Source of the DNA: Seison nebaliae
Lineage: Eukaryota
Direction: 5' to 3'
DNA: 56,854 bases
Assembly: GCA_023231475.1 (NCBI GenBank)
Contig: JALJEE010000349.1
Location: forward strand, 124,001-180,854
Made by a program: the position numbers and the translations under genes. The first letter of the stretch is position 1. Each line of letters begins with the position of its first letter. Shown piece by piece: positions 1 to 14,838 of this stretch. The notes beneath the pieces were generated by a model. It was not told the origin of the DNA and did not search any database. It worked only from the letters and a program-made list of their open reading frames with translations.

Positions 1-689
1 TGAATTTTAATATTTCTTCCCAATAGATAGAGTGCGAAAAAGAGACCGAACATTAAAGCAATCGATAAAAATGATGATTGTCTTTTGTATGATAATTGAA
101 TTCGATTTTCTTCATTGATTCCCAACTCTTTCTCCGCCTCCTGTAATTGATGTTCGAATTGTTCGAGATTTACATATCTTAAAAGATAAATATTCCGATT
201 CGTTTTCTTCCCATGAAGAATGGCACCTGGATGAAGATAGACGATAGCTACTTCTTCCTCAGGATGAACGACAATTCGTTGCACTTCTCCTTTTGATAAC
301 ATCTGCGAATGGAATTCATTCCAAGAAACGTAAATTCGATTCGATTCATCATATTCTTCTTCCATGAACAATAATTGAAGGAGATAATATGAGACCATTC
401 CTAATAATCCAACGGATAATAATCGGAGAGCTGGTGGAATAGGTGGGGGAGATGACGAGTCAGAATCATTCTTTTCTTCTTCCTTCTTCTTCTCATCTTC
501 CTTCAATTCTTTCTCAAACAATAATCGATATCTGTTGAAAATGTCTTTTGCATCCAAATTTTGCAAGACGTTACCCGTCGAAGAAATTGGTTGAAGTATC
601 GAATTAGAAACAACTCCTCCATTCCTCCTCCAAATCATCCGATGTCTTCGATGAAAAAAGATTCGACGGAAATTTAAGAGAAAAGACAT
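1..689 (-). CDS. SPG7: Paraplegin (mitochondrial m-AAA protease subunit), N-terminal part; runs off the left edge
   Basis: Not in the ORF track. The frame is open from ATG 689 to the edge. It has an Arg-rich presequence (MSFLLNFRRIFFHRRHR), TM1, YVSWNEFHSQMLSKGEVQRIVVHPEEEVAIVYLHPGA...FEHQLQEAEKELGINEENRIQLSYKR and TM2, matching the paraplegin FtsH_ext region. Confidence 0.88.
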   Translation of the reverse strand, partial: MSFLLNFRRIFFHRRHRMIWRRNGGVVSNSILQPISSTGNVLQNLDAKDIFNRYRLLFEKELKEDEKKKEEEKNDSDSSSPPPIPPALRLLSVGLLGMVSYYLLQLLFMEEEYDESNRIYVSWNEFHSQMLSKGEVQRIVVHPEEEVAIVYLHPGAILHGKKTNRNIYLLRYVNLEQFEHQLQEAEKELGINEENRIQLSYKRQSSFLSIALMFGLFFALYLLGRNIKI

Positions 690-1499
690 TTCTCTTCAAC
701 TAAAATTTCGAATTTCTTCCTCTTAATTTCCTCTTCATTTTCCCAGTCTTCTAATTGCACAATCATTCTCTATTAGAGAACTACTCGAAAGAACTAACAA
801 ATATTACGATTCTTAACATTATACATCAAATTTATTTATTCCATCTAATTTACAACTCATTTATTTTTCTACTTATTTTATTAAAGTTTTTAAGAAGTTT
901 GAAGGAGCAATTTCAATTTTCTTTAACATTTATAATCATTCACAGTTCTGATGATAGTTATAATGTTGGATTTATGTAGGGACTTTATATGTTTTTTTTT
1001 GGAATTAACAGGAAAATGAAATGATCCGATTAATTTATTTTCGGATAAAAATAAATTAAATGAAAAGAATTAAAATAAATAAATAAACATACGAGTTCAT
1101 AATAAGAACATTCTATTCATAATATATTATACTATTTGTAAGAAATGAATCAACATGAATTCTTTCCTGTTGGACGATTTTATGATTACATTAAAAGGTT
1201 GATTAGAATTTTATTGAAAACAAGAGCGTAGTTTAAGAGAAATAGTTAATTGAAAGTTTTTAAATGAAATTTACATGAAATTTTGTTAGATAGAGAATTG
1301 TATTTAATTTAACAATTTTATTTTTATGAAAATTATGGAATTAATTTAAAATAAGAAGAAATTAAAATAAAATAATTGTTGTCTTGTACTTGGATGTGAA
1401 GGATGTAGAGTTGACGATTCGAATAGACAGGAATTCGAATGGAAATGTTCGAAAGTTTAGCACTCAACAAAAATTCTCTGTTTTTGTTTTGTTTTGAAC

Positions 1500-2760
1500 A
1501 TGGAAAAAAAGGTTGATGATGAACTGCTTTATGATAGGCAGATCCGTCTTTGGGGAGCAACAGCACAAGAACAGTTTATAATTTATTATTTATTTATTAT
1601 ATAAATTTATTGGATTAGTTTGAGATCATCATCAATATTAGTCGTAGGTTTCTCCAACAGTATTGTGGAGTTTATGAAGAATATGGTTTTAAGTGGAGTT
1701 CGTCGAATTACATTGATTTGGCAAGAGGAAAAAGTTATATTTTATTTAGAGTTGATCTCTCATTTCATTGAAAGATTCAGATAAAAAGTGAAAGATATTT
1801 CTTTTCGTCTAGTCATCGAAATGAAAGTGAATTAAAGAAGGCACTTTTGGAATCGATGAAACGATTAAATAATAAAGTATTAGTTAATGTCCTTAATGAA
1901 AATGGAGATGATATCGATCAACGAAATGGATTTTTAAGTAAAACTCACAATATTCTATTATTAAACGAGAAGAGACGTTCCTCCATCTCATATTGGGAAG
2001 AGAAATTCCATGAGAGAACCAATTCGTTTATTGCTCTCATTTATTTCCTTGAATATCAAGAGCATTTTATTATGAACATACTACAAAAGACAACTACCTT
2101 CAAAATTATTCCAAACGATATCCAATCAAAACCAATCGATATATGTCAATTAGACGGTGATTCCGATACAGATTGTGTGGAAATGTCAATCGATGAAAAT
2201 GAAATCATTCAAATGCCAATATCATTGAAACGGAAAATAACTACGTTACCAGGCGAATCATCTGATCAAATGCATAGTTGTAAGAAACGTTTGAAAATTG
2301 ACCAAATTATTTTCAAATCGAACGAAGCCAATTTTCACGAAATTTTCAAGAAGAAGAAACTTGACAAATTTCAACGTCAAACTCTCAAATCTCTTTCGAT
2401 CTGTTTCCTCCTCGTGAAATATCTGATCGAAACAAATGAAGAAATTTTGAGAATGAACGAACATTTCTCAATTAAACAATTCCAGACATTCGCCTCCCAA
2501 ACACAAATTACGAGAAAGATGACAGAAAATGTCACTTCTCTCCACAGTTTAATGACAAACGAATCATATCCTCATTTAGCAGCTGTATCAGGAGGCATTT
2601 TATCTACAGAAATTACTAACGTTTATTTCTTCTTCTTTTTTCTATTCCAACTAATTCATATTGATAGATAATTCAGTTGAATAATAAAGAACTCATCGAG
2701 AACAATTGGCTCGTTTATGATGGTGAGAAGCGACGAGCAGTCAAATTGTCTATGCAATAG
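1500..2760 (+). CDS. SAE1: SUMO-activating enzyme subunit 1 (AOS1/SAE1)-like E1 subunit, divergent; 4 exons
   Basis: Motifs are LYDRQIRLWGATAQ, LRSSSILVVG...KNMVLSGV and C-terminal AAVSGGILSTEI...NNWLVYDG. Introns are 1574-1618, 1734-1774 (or 1780) and 2621-2667. Confidence 0.8.
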
Positions 2761-3629
2761 CCGTCAACATTGATAACAAAATTTCATTTATTTTTTTATA
2801 CTTTTATTAGAAATTTCATAAAGTTTTTCATGTCATCTCTCAGTCAGTTTTTCATAATATTTTGTAGAAAGTGGTAAAATATTAGAGAGAGAATCAAGAT
2901 AATCATTCAGTTTCCATCAATTTCCAATAGGAATCTTTTGAAGAATTTCATATTTCCTTCCATCATTTCTGTTCAATATTTTCTTTTAACGACGAAATAA
3001 TGTTCATCGTTTTTCATTTCCGTTGATTGGAGATTCCGATTTCCACTCTCAATTATATTGTAATTTTTTCTTTCATAATTATTCATCATCGATCGTTGTG
3101 ATGTAGAATGTTTTTCTGTTTCTTTTGGATTATATTCGATATGATAAGTCTGTTTCAATTTGAACCGTCATATTGAAACTATAAAAATTTATGAGATCTA
3201 AACGGTACTTGATCAGTGATTGTTAAGTCATTCCATTTTCATTTGACATTTTGTGAGATAATTGTAGTAGAGAGATGTCTGATGAATAAAGGATTGAGAG
3301 AGAGACAGAGAGAGAGAAATGGTCTTGAAGGTAGTTGAATGTTTGATAATGTAATTTTATAAATTTTTACATGACTTTATAGTTTCCTACTAACTTTCTT
3401 AATAAGAGTAATAATCAGATAAGATATTGAGATATGTATATGACATGACGTCCATTGAGAAAGGAGGAGAGTGAATGATAATCTTCGATCGGAATAATTT
3501 CTAAAGAAAGAAATTTTATTAGAATTTCATCGAACGATTACTTCAAATCACACAGAAGTAGAATGATAAAGAAAATTTTATTAACGATTCAATTCTTCCA
3601 AAATTCAAAAAAATGAACCAGAAATTTTG

Positions 3630-4769
3630 TTATTTCTCTGCCTCGTCCTCCACACTTAATCGACATTCATCTTCTGTTACATTTCGTACGAATATAGAAT
3701 TTTTATTAATGTATTCAGAGGAGATTGGACTTGTCACATTATTTACATCTTCACACAACGCGCTACATGCCACAGCCAATAGAGAATCATCGGCTGAAAA
3801 GTCTAAGGAAACGATGGATTTGGGATATCTATCAAACACGAACATTCAAATAAAATATAGAAATAAAATAAAATGAAACTTGTGAAATTGACATAAACGT
3901 TTCTTGTGAATTGGATCCCACATGTTGACGAAGTTGTCGGAACCACCAGTAGCGAATGTTCCGAATCGTTTGTGAAATGAAATGGCTGAAACAGGACAAA
4001 TGATTTCATTATCACCATCTTTCTTCCGATGACATTTGAATGCATATCTTCGTTTAAATGGCGATTCAGATTTCTCGAATTTTTCTCCTCGATGAGTATT
4101 GCCGAAGAAGTCAACGGAGACACGTCCTTCAATCGAACTCACCACAAATCCACATTGTCTCAAATGATTCATATTTGGCATAAATCTCACACATCTCGTT
4201 TGATATTTCATGAGAGTATCTCGCACATATAAAGCCGTTTCAGGCGAACGAACATCATAAATACAAAGTTGTCTATCATTCGTCGCAATGATGGCATATG
4301 TGGACGAGACGTCCATCGAATAAACTGGTTTGGAGATGTTGAGATTGAAAGCAGCAGTCGCTATTCTTTCATCCCATACCTTCACTATCCCATCCCATCC
4401 GCCACTCCATATCACATTACCCATCGCCGGATCATCTATGGCACGAATACAACGAATCGCATTCGAATGTGAACCGATGACCACTTCCTTCGAATGTTGA
4501 AGATCCACTCGTTTAATATATCGATCCAATCCACCACTAATCGCATGTTTCTTACTCGTAAAATCACAACATAATACTGGTCCATTGTGCATATATTCAG
4601 CTAATAATCGATTATTGATAACATCGTATAATCGAACAGAACGATCCCACGACGAACATAACAATTTGCCATCATTCCAATGACGATTAAAACGGATCTC
4701 TGATATGGCGTCATCGGGAGGATCATATAATTTCACTTCCACTTCTCCTATTACATCCTTTCCCGGCAT
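3630..4769 (-). CDS. BUB3: Mitotic checkpoint WD40 protein BUB3; 2 exons
   Basis: Contains KYQTRC, SSIEGRV, YAFKCHR and FATGGSD...KKRLCQFH(K)YPKSI. One intron at 3829-3879. Confidence 0.95.
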
Positions 4770-5875
4770 TCTTTTTATAGTTCTATTACTCTTCTATCTA
4801 TAGACGTCGTATATAATCGTTTTCATTATTATTCTTTCATCTTTCAGCTTTTCATTTCAACTTTCTTCTTCTTTTCTACATTCAAACCTATCTGACAATC
4901 GATTTTTGAGATGTCTCGTTAAAAGAATGAAATGGAAGAGCTTCATTCTCCCACATCAATTGGTTTCTTTATAAATTTTGAATTAATTATTAATTTAAGA
5001 ATAATTTCCTAATATCGATTTGTTGGAATTGATTGATAAAATGAACGTGACTAATTGGGAATCGGATAAGGAGAGGAGATGTGAATGCATCGTCATGAAT
5101 TAATTTGAATAGTTAAATTATTGAAGAAAAGTTGAGAGAGTTCTCTTCTTCTTCGTCTTCTTCTTCTTATCAAATATATTCAACATTCTTGTTTACATTC
5201 GAATAATTCTGAACAAGAGATTGAGGGACAAGAAATGAATAGAAATTAGTCGACGAGAATACATATCAATATGGAAGGAAGGAAGATATATCGAGAAGGA
5301 AGAAATGGCTGATTAATACGATTGATCTTCTCTTGTCTTATCAATTGTTAGTTCTCCTCCATTATTGATATTGTCATTGATATCTCTTCAATATTCTTCG
5401 ATCATTCCACTTCACGCAATCATCTCTCTCTCTCCCTCCAATTTTTCCAAATGGGAATGAAGAAAAACTTTCAAATTAACAATTCTCGTCCTTCAGAACT
5501 GATACTTCCAAATCATCTCGTCATTACGAGGCAATGTATTGATATAAATTTGTCGATTAAACTTATCCGTATTTGTATGTGTGTTTGGATGAGGGAAGTT
5601 CCATTGTTGTCATTCGAACCTTGAAACATTCGACAGGAGAAATAACATTATTAATTAGAGAGAGAACAAATATTTTGGATGACGATATTCTGTTCTGCCA
5701 CTTCTCCATTTTTGGTTTCATTACGAATAATTTCTCATCAAATCAGGAAGTTCTCCCGTATTCCTTCATTTTCTTCTTCTTCACATTCCAATCAATATTC
5801 TCTCATTCATTCATTCATTCATTCATTCATTCATCTCTCGTTCGAACTGATCTCATTCAGATCTTCTTCCCATTC

Positions 5876-6534
5876 ATGCATATCGAAGGCGATGTTCTCC
5901 GAACGAACTACATTAGAAATACGAGAGCCATCGGATTAGCTTACGCCATCTTCACGATTTGTTTCGGTATCATCTCAATTCTCATCTTCTTATATCCTCA
6001 ATGGATCGGATCTGATCATGGCACGGTCGGTCCATATCGTATTTGTGTTGATTATATGTACGAAAGACAATGCGTTGGAATGTGGTCTCGATTTGAAACG
6101 ATAATTAACGATCCTTTCCGAGCAGCAACATTCTTCATTGGCATCTCTTGTCTCATCGTTCTTCTCTCTCTATTGGCCATGGTACTCTTCATATTCGTGA
6201 ATGCTGCCGTTGTTTTCAACATCACCGGATTTATGCAACTCACTGCAAGTTCCCATTTGTTGAATCGTCTTTAAAATAACATTATTTTTCTTCTTTAGCT
6301 ATCTGTCTATTTTTGGGAATAGTCATCTTTCCTGCAGGATGGAATGATCCACTTATTGAAAAGATTTGTGGACCGGATGTCGACAAATATACGTATGGTA
6401 ATTGCTCCATGTTGTGGCCCTACATCTTGGCAATTCTAGCTGTATTCGACGCACTCGTTCTGACGGCATTGGCTTTCATTCTTGCATCGAGACAAGCCAA
6501 ATCGTTACCGAATGTTTATTCAACAGATGAATAA
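5876..6534 (+). CDS. LHFPL tetraspan protein (LHFPL3/4/5, TMHS family); 2 exons
   Basis: Contains TNYIRNTRAIG...IFTICF, PQWIG, FPAGW, CGPDVDKY...CSMLWPYILAI and LAFIL, with four hydrophobic segments. One intron at 6249-6298. Confidence 0.92.
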
Positions 6535-6695
6535 AAGAGAAAGAAATGTGGATTTTATAAGAAATTATTATTTATTTGTACAAATAATGAATTTAGCCAT
6601 TGAAAAAGTTTTATATGATTCTATTTTGATTATAAGAAATATTTAAACAAAAACAAATCTTCTGTTCTCCTCATCGTTGTCGAAGGAAAAGAGTT

Positions 6696-8262
6696 TTATG
6701 CATTTGCTAATTTTAAGGTGGAAACGATCTTTCTTGACGTTTTCTCCAATCGTCGCGATGGTTGTGGTTTCGTATTGTTCAAGATGTCCATACTCGACGA
6801 ATTTCCTCCCATGATATTATTCATCGTTGTTGTAGGCGTATACATGATGGATGAGGTAAAATAGAAATTGCCTTCCTTCTGCGAACTGACACTGGGGAAT
6901 TCTTTTCGAATATATCCTTCCGGCACATATAACGTCAATAATTGTTGAATGCTAGAAATATTTCGATTCTTCACCACTTCCAAACCCATTCGCTGTCTGG
7001 GACTTATCGGATTTCCAACACCCAATTTCTTGTTAGCTGGAAGATGAATACACATTATAGAAATTTATCTTCAAAAACGAACCTGCAATTAACGATCTTT
7101 TCATTTTCGATAGATCTGAATGACTCGTATCGTCACTGTCAGTCTGATGAGTTACTGTTTCTTTTGTTTCACTTTGATAAGTTTCAGCACAAGTTGATGG
7201 ATCTTCTAATCCCATCGAATCATTCCAACTTCTTCCATAATTCCTCGTACTGACTGTAGTTGGTCTCTTTTCTCCATTTACACCATCGTTATAATTGAAT
7301 TCTTTTAATTGAAGTAATTTCTCTTTTTTCACCATATCCAATGGTCGAGCATCATTTGCCGTCTTATTCCTTCTAACAACATTCGGTTCATTGTTCGAAC
7401 TGTTGTTGTTGTTATTTTTGATGTTGTCATTCGGATGAATGGAAGGAAGTTTCAATTCTTTCAAATATTTCTTTTTCATTGGAGTGTGTAAAAATGAGAT
7501 TAAACGATAATAACTATTAAGTTGAGATTTGAAATTGAAGATATCCAAATCACTCATTTTGGCGAATAATGACGATGACAAGATGTCAGTCGTTGGGGTT
7601 GAAGTTATCGGACTTGTAATGAGACATTTGGGTAATCGTCTTTCGATGGAGAAAAGATCTTCTTTCCGTTCATAACGTTTCATTAAACTTTTCAAAATGT
7701 CTTCTTGACTCTCCAGAATTTCCAAGGACGTTCGAAGTTTCTTATCTTTCGTTTTTCGAAGTTCAGGACATTTACCCGCTATCAGTAGAGCATTAGTAAA
7801 AGAGAGCATTTTGATGGATATGTGAAGAATGTTGTCACCTTTGGGAATGGTAGAAGTGACAGAAATTTGACGTTGGTTGAAAGCGTCCAATACTTGTTCC
7901 AGAATTGATGGTGCGCTAAGATAGGAAGCATAATGTAATGCATTATATCCAAATATATCCGTCGCTGTCACATCGACCTCTTTCACTTGCAATATATAAT
8001 TCAATAACGAGAAACGTTGGAAGATACAACAATTGATTAATAACGTTCGACCATCCTTCTCCTCCTCATTGATATTCGCTCCATATTTCAATAATAATTT
8101 CACAGTACTTACACTGAAGATGTTCTGATTAATATAACAACATAAGTGGAGAGGACTTCGCCCATTCTCGTCCACTTTATTCACTGGGACTGAACGATCT
8201 TTGAGAATTCGTCGCAACTGATTCGAATGACCGAGAAGAATTGCCGAATGCAGTTGACTCAT
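6696..8262 (-). CDS. Ankyrin-repeat protein with N-terminal repeats and a low-complexity C-terminus; 2 exons
   Basis: Repeats include NGRSPLHLCC, GANINEEEKDGRTLLINCC, FGYNALHYAS and KGDNILHISI. Intron 7037-7082 joins ORF 7033-8277 to ORF 6696-7055 in frame. First ATG is at 8262. Confidence 0.8.
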
Positions 8263-9277
8263 ACTAGAACTTTCCAATAAAATTAATATTTACAGAAATA
8301 CGAAACACGACATGAAACAAAGAAAAGGAAGTGAAAGAAAAATGATTAAATTCTCACTTTGGATCCGAAAGTGGAATGGAACAAATCTAATAAAAAAGTT
8401 GAAGGCAAAGGTGAAGTGAAGGATACAGTCATTTTATACTTTCAATATTTCCTTCCCATTCCCTTTATTAATTAGGTGAAAGAAAGGCCAATGTCCTTTC
8501 CACCAAATGTTTTTTCGTTCACACCATTAAAATCGCACATAAAACATTAGGAATGGACGAAATGGATTCTAATAGAGAATTAGAAGGAATTAAATTCCCT
8601 TCTACCACTTCCCCCCTCAGATACAACGCAACGTTCCAAAACGGTATTTCGTACGCTTAATTCAAACAAATTCTCTCCGTTTCCAACTCGTTCTTATAAG
8701 AAGAGAAATAAAGCAACCAAATATTCAAACAATTCTTCATTTTTATCATCTCCAAGTCGTTTTCGAAAGAAAAATTTCGAATAGAATAATTACATAACAA
8801 TAACTCTTTTTTATTAAGAAGAATGATATGGGGAGAGCTACTTAAAGTGGAATAATTCAATGAGAATTATCATTTGAATTCATTCACCCACAATTAACAT
8901 TGTCTAAAGGTTTTATTGTGTAATTGAGAATAAGAATTCTTTGGAGAGATTAAAACGAATGAGATATTGCTCCTTGTTGGTGGTAAAGTAGTAAAGGAAT
9001 TACAGAAGAGATAGAATGAAATTTTTCATATAAGCGACCATTAAAGGTTATTGACGAATGGTTGTTCAAATTGATAAATATTAAGGGAAGAATATGAATC
9101 GAATGAGAATTTTTCTTGTTTATTTGACGCGAATAAAATGGGAGACTTGTTATTGAATGAAACCGAAAAGAAAACATCTCCAAATTGAAGTTGAGAATTT
9201 GGAGTAAATAAATTAATTTTTAATTCGTACTCTTTGTTATTGTGTGATGACTAGTGGAATGGAATTAGTTTCTGTAG

Positions 9278-12200
9278 TTAATTTGATCGATGCTTATAAT
9301 ACAATTTTGCATAATGCCCTTCGGATTTCAATAATTCTGTATGAGTCCCACTTTCCACAATTCTTCCATTGTCCAAATAAAAAATTTTGTCTGCATCTCG
9401 TATGGTTGCTAGACGGTGTGCAACGATTATAATTGTACATCGATATCTTTCTTTCAAATTAATTAGTGATCGTCTAAATAACTTTAAAGATGATGATATG
9501 AAATTTGTATATCATTTATCAGATTTAAATTGGAAATCAAATTAGAAAATGACATTTGGAAAGGGAAAGGTGAAGAGTGAATTTAACTAACACATTGAGA
9601 TTCGTCGTCTAACGCCGAAGTTGCCTCATCTAATAAAAGAATTGTCGGTTGCGATATAATTGCTCTTGCGATCGATATACGTTGTCGTTGACCTCCGGAA
9701 ATCTTAGCAGAAATGTTTCCAACATTCGTCTCATATTTCTAAGAGGAAATGATGAAAGAGAAAGAAAGAATGTAAACATCCGACATCAATTCAATGTCAT
9801 CGTGAATGTTGGCGAGACGTGACACTTCCATTACACGTTCTTGTCCAAGTTGCAAATGGCGATTATTTCCATACTCGATATTGTAAATAATCGATCTTCC
9901 GAACAACTGATTTGATTGATCGACACAAGAGATTTTTGAATGAATTTCACTAATGTCAAATTGTTGGATGTTGTATCCATCGATGAACTGGAAAGCTAAC
10001 GATTATACGTCTGCAAAACTTTCATAATGAAAACTAACAATTCTTCCACTGTCCACATCATATAGTCGTTGTAGTAAGCGAAGGATCGTACTCTTCCCAC
10101 TTCCATTCTCACCAACGATCGCGATAGTTTCCCCATGTTCCACACGGAAATTGAGACATCGTAATATTGGTTCCTGGTGATCATAGCCGAAAGTAACATT
10201 GGAAAATTGAATGTTTCCTTCTTTGATTTCCAATTGAGAAGAAATTCGTCGATCGTTAATTGATGAAGGAAATTTTAAGTAATCGTGAAAACGTTGAGCA
10301 AATGATTGGAATTTAGAGAGTGATGCAATGAGTGATGATAGATTGTTGAGAGACATACATCCAAACATTACACAATTCAAAATGAGATACACATTCTTCA
10401 TTAACATCTGATGCTCTTTCACTAAATGTGCTCCATACAAGAAGATGGTGAGTTGGATGGAATAAATGAGAATATAAGTAAATGCAAAAGTGATGGATAA
10501 GAGATAAGTATGACGAATAATATTCTTTTGTGAAAGTTGAATAATCTTCTCATATTTATCAGAAATCGATTCTTCTAAATTATCCGCATAAATTGTTCGA
10601 ATCATTTGAATTGTTTCCAGAAGGAAATTCATTTGATTTTCCTCGAACTCTTTATCCGTTTCCATCATTCGTCGAGAGATATTACTTTCGATCGTCGATA
10701 TCAGTACAAAGAATGGAAGAATAAGAAGAATGATCGATGTCAATTTCCATCCGCTAATCATTGCGATTCCCAAACCTACAATTCCACTCACAATCGCTGT
10801 AATATAACCAGACAATTGTTCCGTCGATAACTTTATGAGAAAGAGAATGAAAAATGACTGAAGAGAAATAGAAAGAACAATCCAACTATATTTGTATCGT
10901 TGCGAACGGAAGTGAAAAGTGTATTGAGTGAACCTCGACCGAATATGTCGAAGAAACTATAATCTTTCCTAAATAATTTTTGCACGAATAATAATCGAAG
11001 TCGTTTAATAAATTTTTCATATTGAACGGACAAAGTGGAGAATTGGAAGAGATTCGTCAAAAATTGAACAACTCCCAACATGAATATGAAGACGATCCAA
11101 AGTGATTGTCGATTTTTCACTTCTTCCAACGACTCATGTTCGCCATAAACGACAATTGCATAAGTGAAGAAGACAGCAAAAATGGGTTGTGCTAAACCGT
11201 TGAAGATGGTGAGGAGAATGCCGAGAATTAAAAGAACAACTGGTTGACAATAATAGGAGAGAATGATTTCTTTATAAAATCCTTTTTTTTCTGCATCATC
11301 CTTTTTCGATGATGAATCTAATAGTTTCGATTCATCATCATGATTCTCGTCATAAATTGATGGAACTGTTTCCGTCTCATCAATCGATTGTAAAGTGATT
11401 CTTTTATTTTTAGAAATGGATTTGTCTCTCACATCTTTCTCATCATTGAAATCTTTCAATGAAATTTGCTTCTTCACTACCAATTCTTCATATGTTCCTT
11501 CGTCAACGATCTCACCATCTTTCATTAAAATAATTCTCGAACATAATTTCAAAAGAGCTGCTCGATGTGATATGATGATGGAAGATGTCTCATTTCCAAC
11601 AAAATATTTCGTCAAATTCTCAATAATTAATCTCTCAGATTTCATATCTAAATTGGACGTCGCTTCATCCAACAATAAACATGGTGATTTCCGATAAATT
11701 GCTCTAGCGATCGATATCCTCTGACGTTCACCACCTGATAATGATGCACCATAATGACCCACATCTGTATCATACTGATGAGATAATTCGTGAATGAATT
11801 GATGAGCATTTGCCATTTTTGCCGTTTTGATGATCTTGATCATTCGATTCGATTCAACTTCATCGATTTCAGATGTTTTCATCGAAATATTTCCAGCAAT
11901 TGTTGTCGAAAATAACGAGGTGTTTTGGAAGACGGTTGAAAAAATTGTCCTTAACGTTTTCTTCGATATTTTTTCAATATCAATTCCATTCAATTTGATA
12001 GTTCCATCAACTAACGGATAGAATTTGAGGAGGAGATTAATAATCGTCGATTTGCCACAACCCGTCCGTCCAATAATACCAATTCTTTCACCTCTCTTTA
12101 TTGTTAAGGAGAAATTCTTCAGAATCAATTTATCCTGATAAGAAAATGAGACATTATCGAAAATTAATTCTTCAAAATCTTCTTCACTAATCGATATGGA

Positions 12201-13346
12201 ATTATCAAATGAATTTAGTGAATGGATGAAATTAAAGATAAATTTTGCTGAGATTTTTCCATTGATAATAATTGGGAAGAAACTCAATGCTTTGCCAATG
12301 CCCATAATTGAGGTGATTAAACAGAAAAATATCTAAATTTACTTATATTTAATTTGGGAGGAAATCGTAAAAGAATAACTATAATAATTTGTCCGATAAA
12401 AATCTCATGATTTATTATCAATCGACTACCATACCAGAATCCGAAAGCATAACAACTGAATATACTGAAGAAAACAATTCCGCTGGACAAACCGGTTAAG
12501 ATGGCACGTTTCTTTCCCCAAAAAAAGGCATTTGTAATTTTGGGTGTTAGTCTTTTAAAATGAAAATTTTATGAAATTCTTCCTAAATTTTAATGGAAAC
12601 TCTTGAAGATGTTTATCTTCTCCATTGAATGTGATAACGAGATTGATACAATCGATAATCTCACGAATTTCATTAGCCAATTCACTTTCATTTGAAATAA
12701 TTCTTGAAGTCACTTTATTGAGCATTCGCGAGAGACAATACATCATTCCAAAAATGACAGGTGCTAATGCAATGATGGATAAAGTCAACTTCCAACTAAT
12801 GATTAATGCGATGAGAATACTGGCAATAAATTGAATAATGGAATGAATGAGAAATCCTAAATTCTTATCGATACATTTTAAAATATCATCAATCCGACTA
12901 TTAATTAACGATATTGTATTATGTGCCATTCCATTGTCGAACCAAGAGATTTGTTGAGATAACAACGTTTTCAAAAAAAAGAATTTCATTCGACATTTTT
13001 GAGATTCAGCGGAAATCGTCCAACATATATTACCCAAATATGCGCAAAGAAATGTGCCGATTCCAAGAATGATAATGAACTGACATTGTCGTTGAACGGT
13101 GAAAAAGAATTGATGTGAATCGGTGAGATGTTTCGTTTCATTAAATTGACGAAGACGTTCATGATGAACGAATGTCGATGTGACATTTCCGAGTACTAGA
13201 ACTAGTAACGGATAACTACAACCACTAATGACACTGGTGACGATTGCTACAAATATGAGGAAACGATCAAATGAGCGACTGAATGAAAATAGTTGATAAA
13301 ATGAAATATTTGGTGTGTGCACATTCTCATCGACATTATGTTCCAT
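9278..13346 (-). CDS. Full-length ABCB (P-glycoprotein/MDR1-like) transporter, TMD-NBD-TMD-NBD; 7 exons
   Basis: Walker [10 protein letters not shown] and GENGSGKST, signatures LSGGERQR and ISGGQRQR, Walker B LLDEATS twice, H-loops ISHR and VAHR. Introns are 12552-12600, 12333-12379, 10831-10886, 9988-10038, 9739-9777 and 9482-9591. Confidence 0.93.
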
Positions 13347-14106
13347 AAGACGCGTTGTTTATCTCAAAATAGTTTGTGAAGTTTAAAAAGAAAACTATTC
13401 ATTTCTCTTCTTTTTCAAAAAATTGTTGAAAATGTGAGAAAAATGACATTTGTTTATTTAGAAAACGCTCTTACTAATATCTAATCTTTCTAGAAAGATG
13501 ATGAAGAGAAGTGAATGTGTAAAATGTTTGAAGAATATTTTACTCATTGTTATTGTACAAGAAACGAACCGAAGTTTTAACCACGTTGAAAAGAATGAAG
13601 TTAACCTGTTTTGAATTGAAAAGAAATTTTTTTTTTTTAACTTCAACTCCAATTTCAAATGGAAATCATTCTAGTTCTTCCATATATTCTTTGGTTTACT
13701 TCTTTCTGGTTAGACAAAAGATATTGAAAAATAAATTTCTTTCAATTTCTAAAAGATTTCACTCATTTCTTTTCAGCATACTTAAAAGTTCCTTCTCTTT
13801 AACCTACGAACAATTATAGAATTGTAAATTACAATTTGTAATACAGGAAGGAAACTGAAAAAATTATTGAAATTTTATTTAAGGTACAAGAAAATCTTTG
13901 CCGATTTGTCAGATGATAAAATTGGAATAATTTCAGGTTCTATTAAATTTGAAGTGTAGGAAACGAAACATGTTGAATGAAATGAGAAGAACAAATTATT
14001 GGACAATGGAAGAGAACAAAGAAAGACATAGACAGGCAAACGATAAGAGATACATACACAGACGATTATATTTTCGAAGTTCCAATGATTCTCTTGACGA
14101 GAATGA

Positions 14107-14838
14107 TTATTTTGTTTCATTCTCCTCCTCCTTTCCTCGTTTAATGACGCGAGTGAACTTCTCATAATCAATTTCACCTTGTCTATCAGGCACTGCATCT
14201 TCCAACATCTGATTGAACTAAATTTTAGGAGAAGGAAAAATTTTAATTAAAGAAAAAGAAATTGTGAAACTTCAGCGTCTGACATTCGTTCTTTGGGGAC
14301 ACCTTCCGTCGTCAAAATCTGTCTCAAACTGTTTCATTATTCAATTATGAGATAGTTATTCAACTAACGTGTCTTTGTGCAATTTGCCCGTTGAGACTTT
14401 GTCGAACAATTTGAAGGCGTTCAACAATGTATCTTCTGGATCTGTTCCACCAATTTTCTCTCCGAACATTTGGAGGAGAAGCGTGAAATTGATGGCACCC
14501 GGTGCTTCTGCAATCATCTTCTTCAATTCGTCATCTTTGCACGGTTTCCCCAACGATGAATAGACTTCTCTCAAATCGTCGACACTGATCGTTCCATCTC
14601 GATCTTGGTCCATGAGAGAGAAAGCTTCTTTAAACTCTTGGACTTGATGTTGATCGAACATCGTGAAGACGGAACTGGTTGCACGTTGTGCTTTCTTCTT
14701 CTATGTAAATTGAATTGAATAAATTCATGGACAGAAACGAAATCATTAATATAAAAGATATTGAGAGAATGAGAATGAAAGGATAGAATGAAGATAATAT
14801 TGTCAAGGAAAAATGAGAAGAACACTAACATCACCCAT
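14107..14838 (-). CDS. Myosin regulatory light chain, copy A; 4 exons
   Basis: [32 protein letters not shown]-hand [37 protein letters not shown]. Introns are 14701-14829, 14329-14368 and 14218-14270. Confidence 0.95.

Noticed and set aside
5573..5875. 101-aa N-terminal extension of the LHFPL ORF
   Set aside because: It starts at TTG and crosses an (ATTC)n repeat. Family similarity begins at ATG 5876.
9278..13346. ABCB, P450 and eIF3i as frameshifted pseudogenes or users of an alternative genetic code
   Set aside because: Every break is resolved by a short GT-AG intron, and the standard code gives intact conserved motifs.
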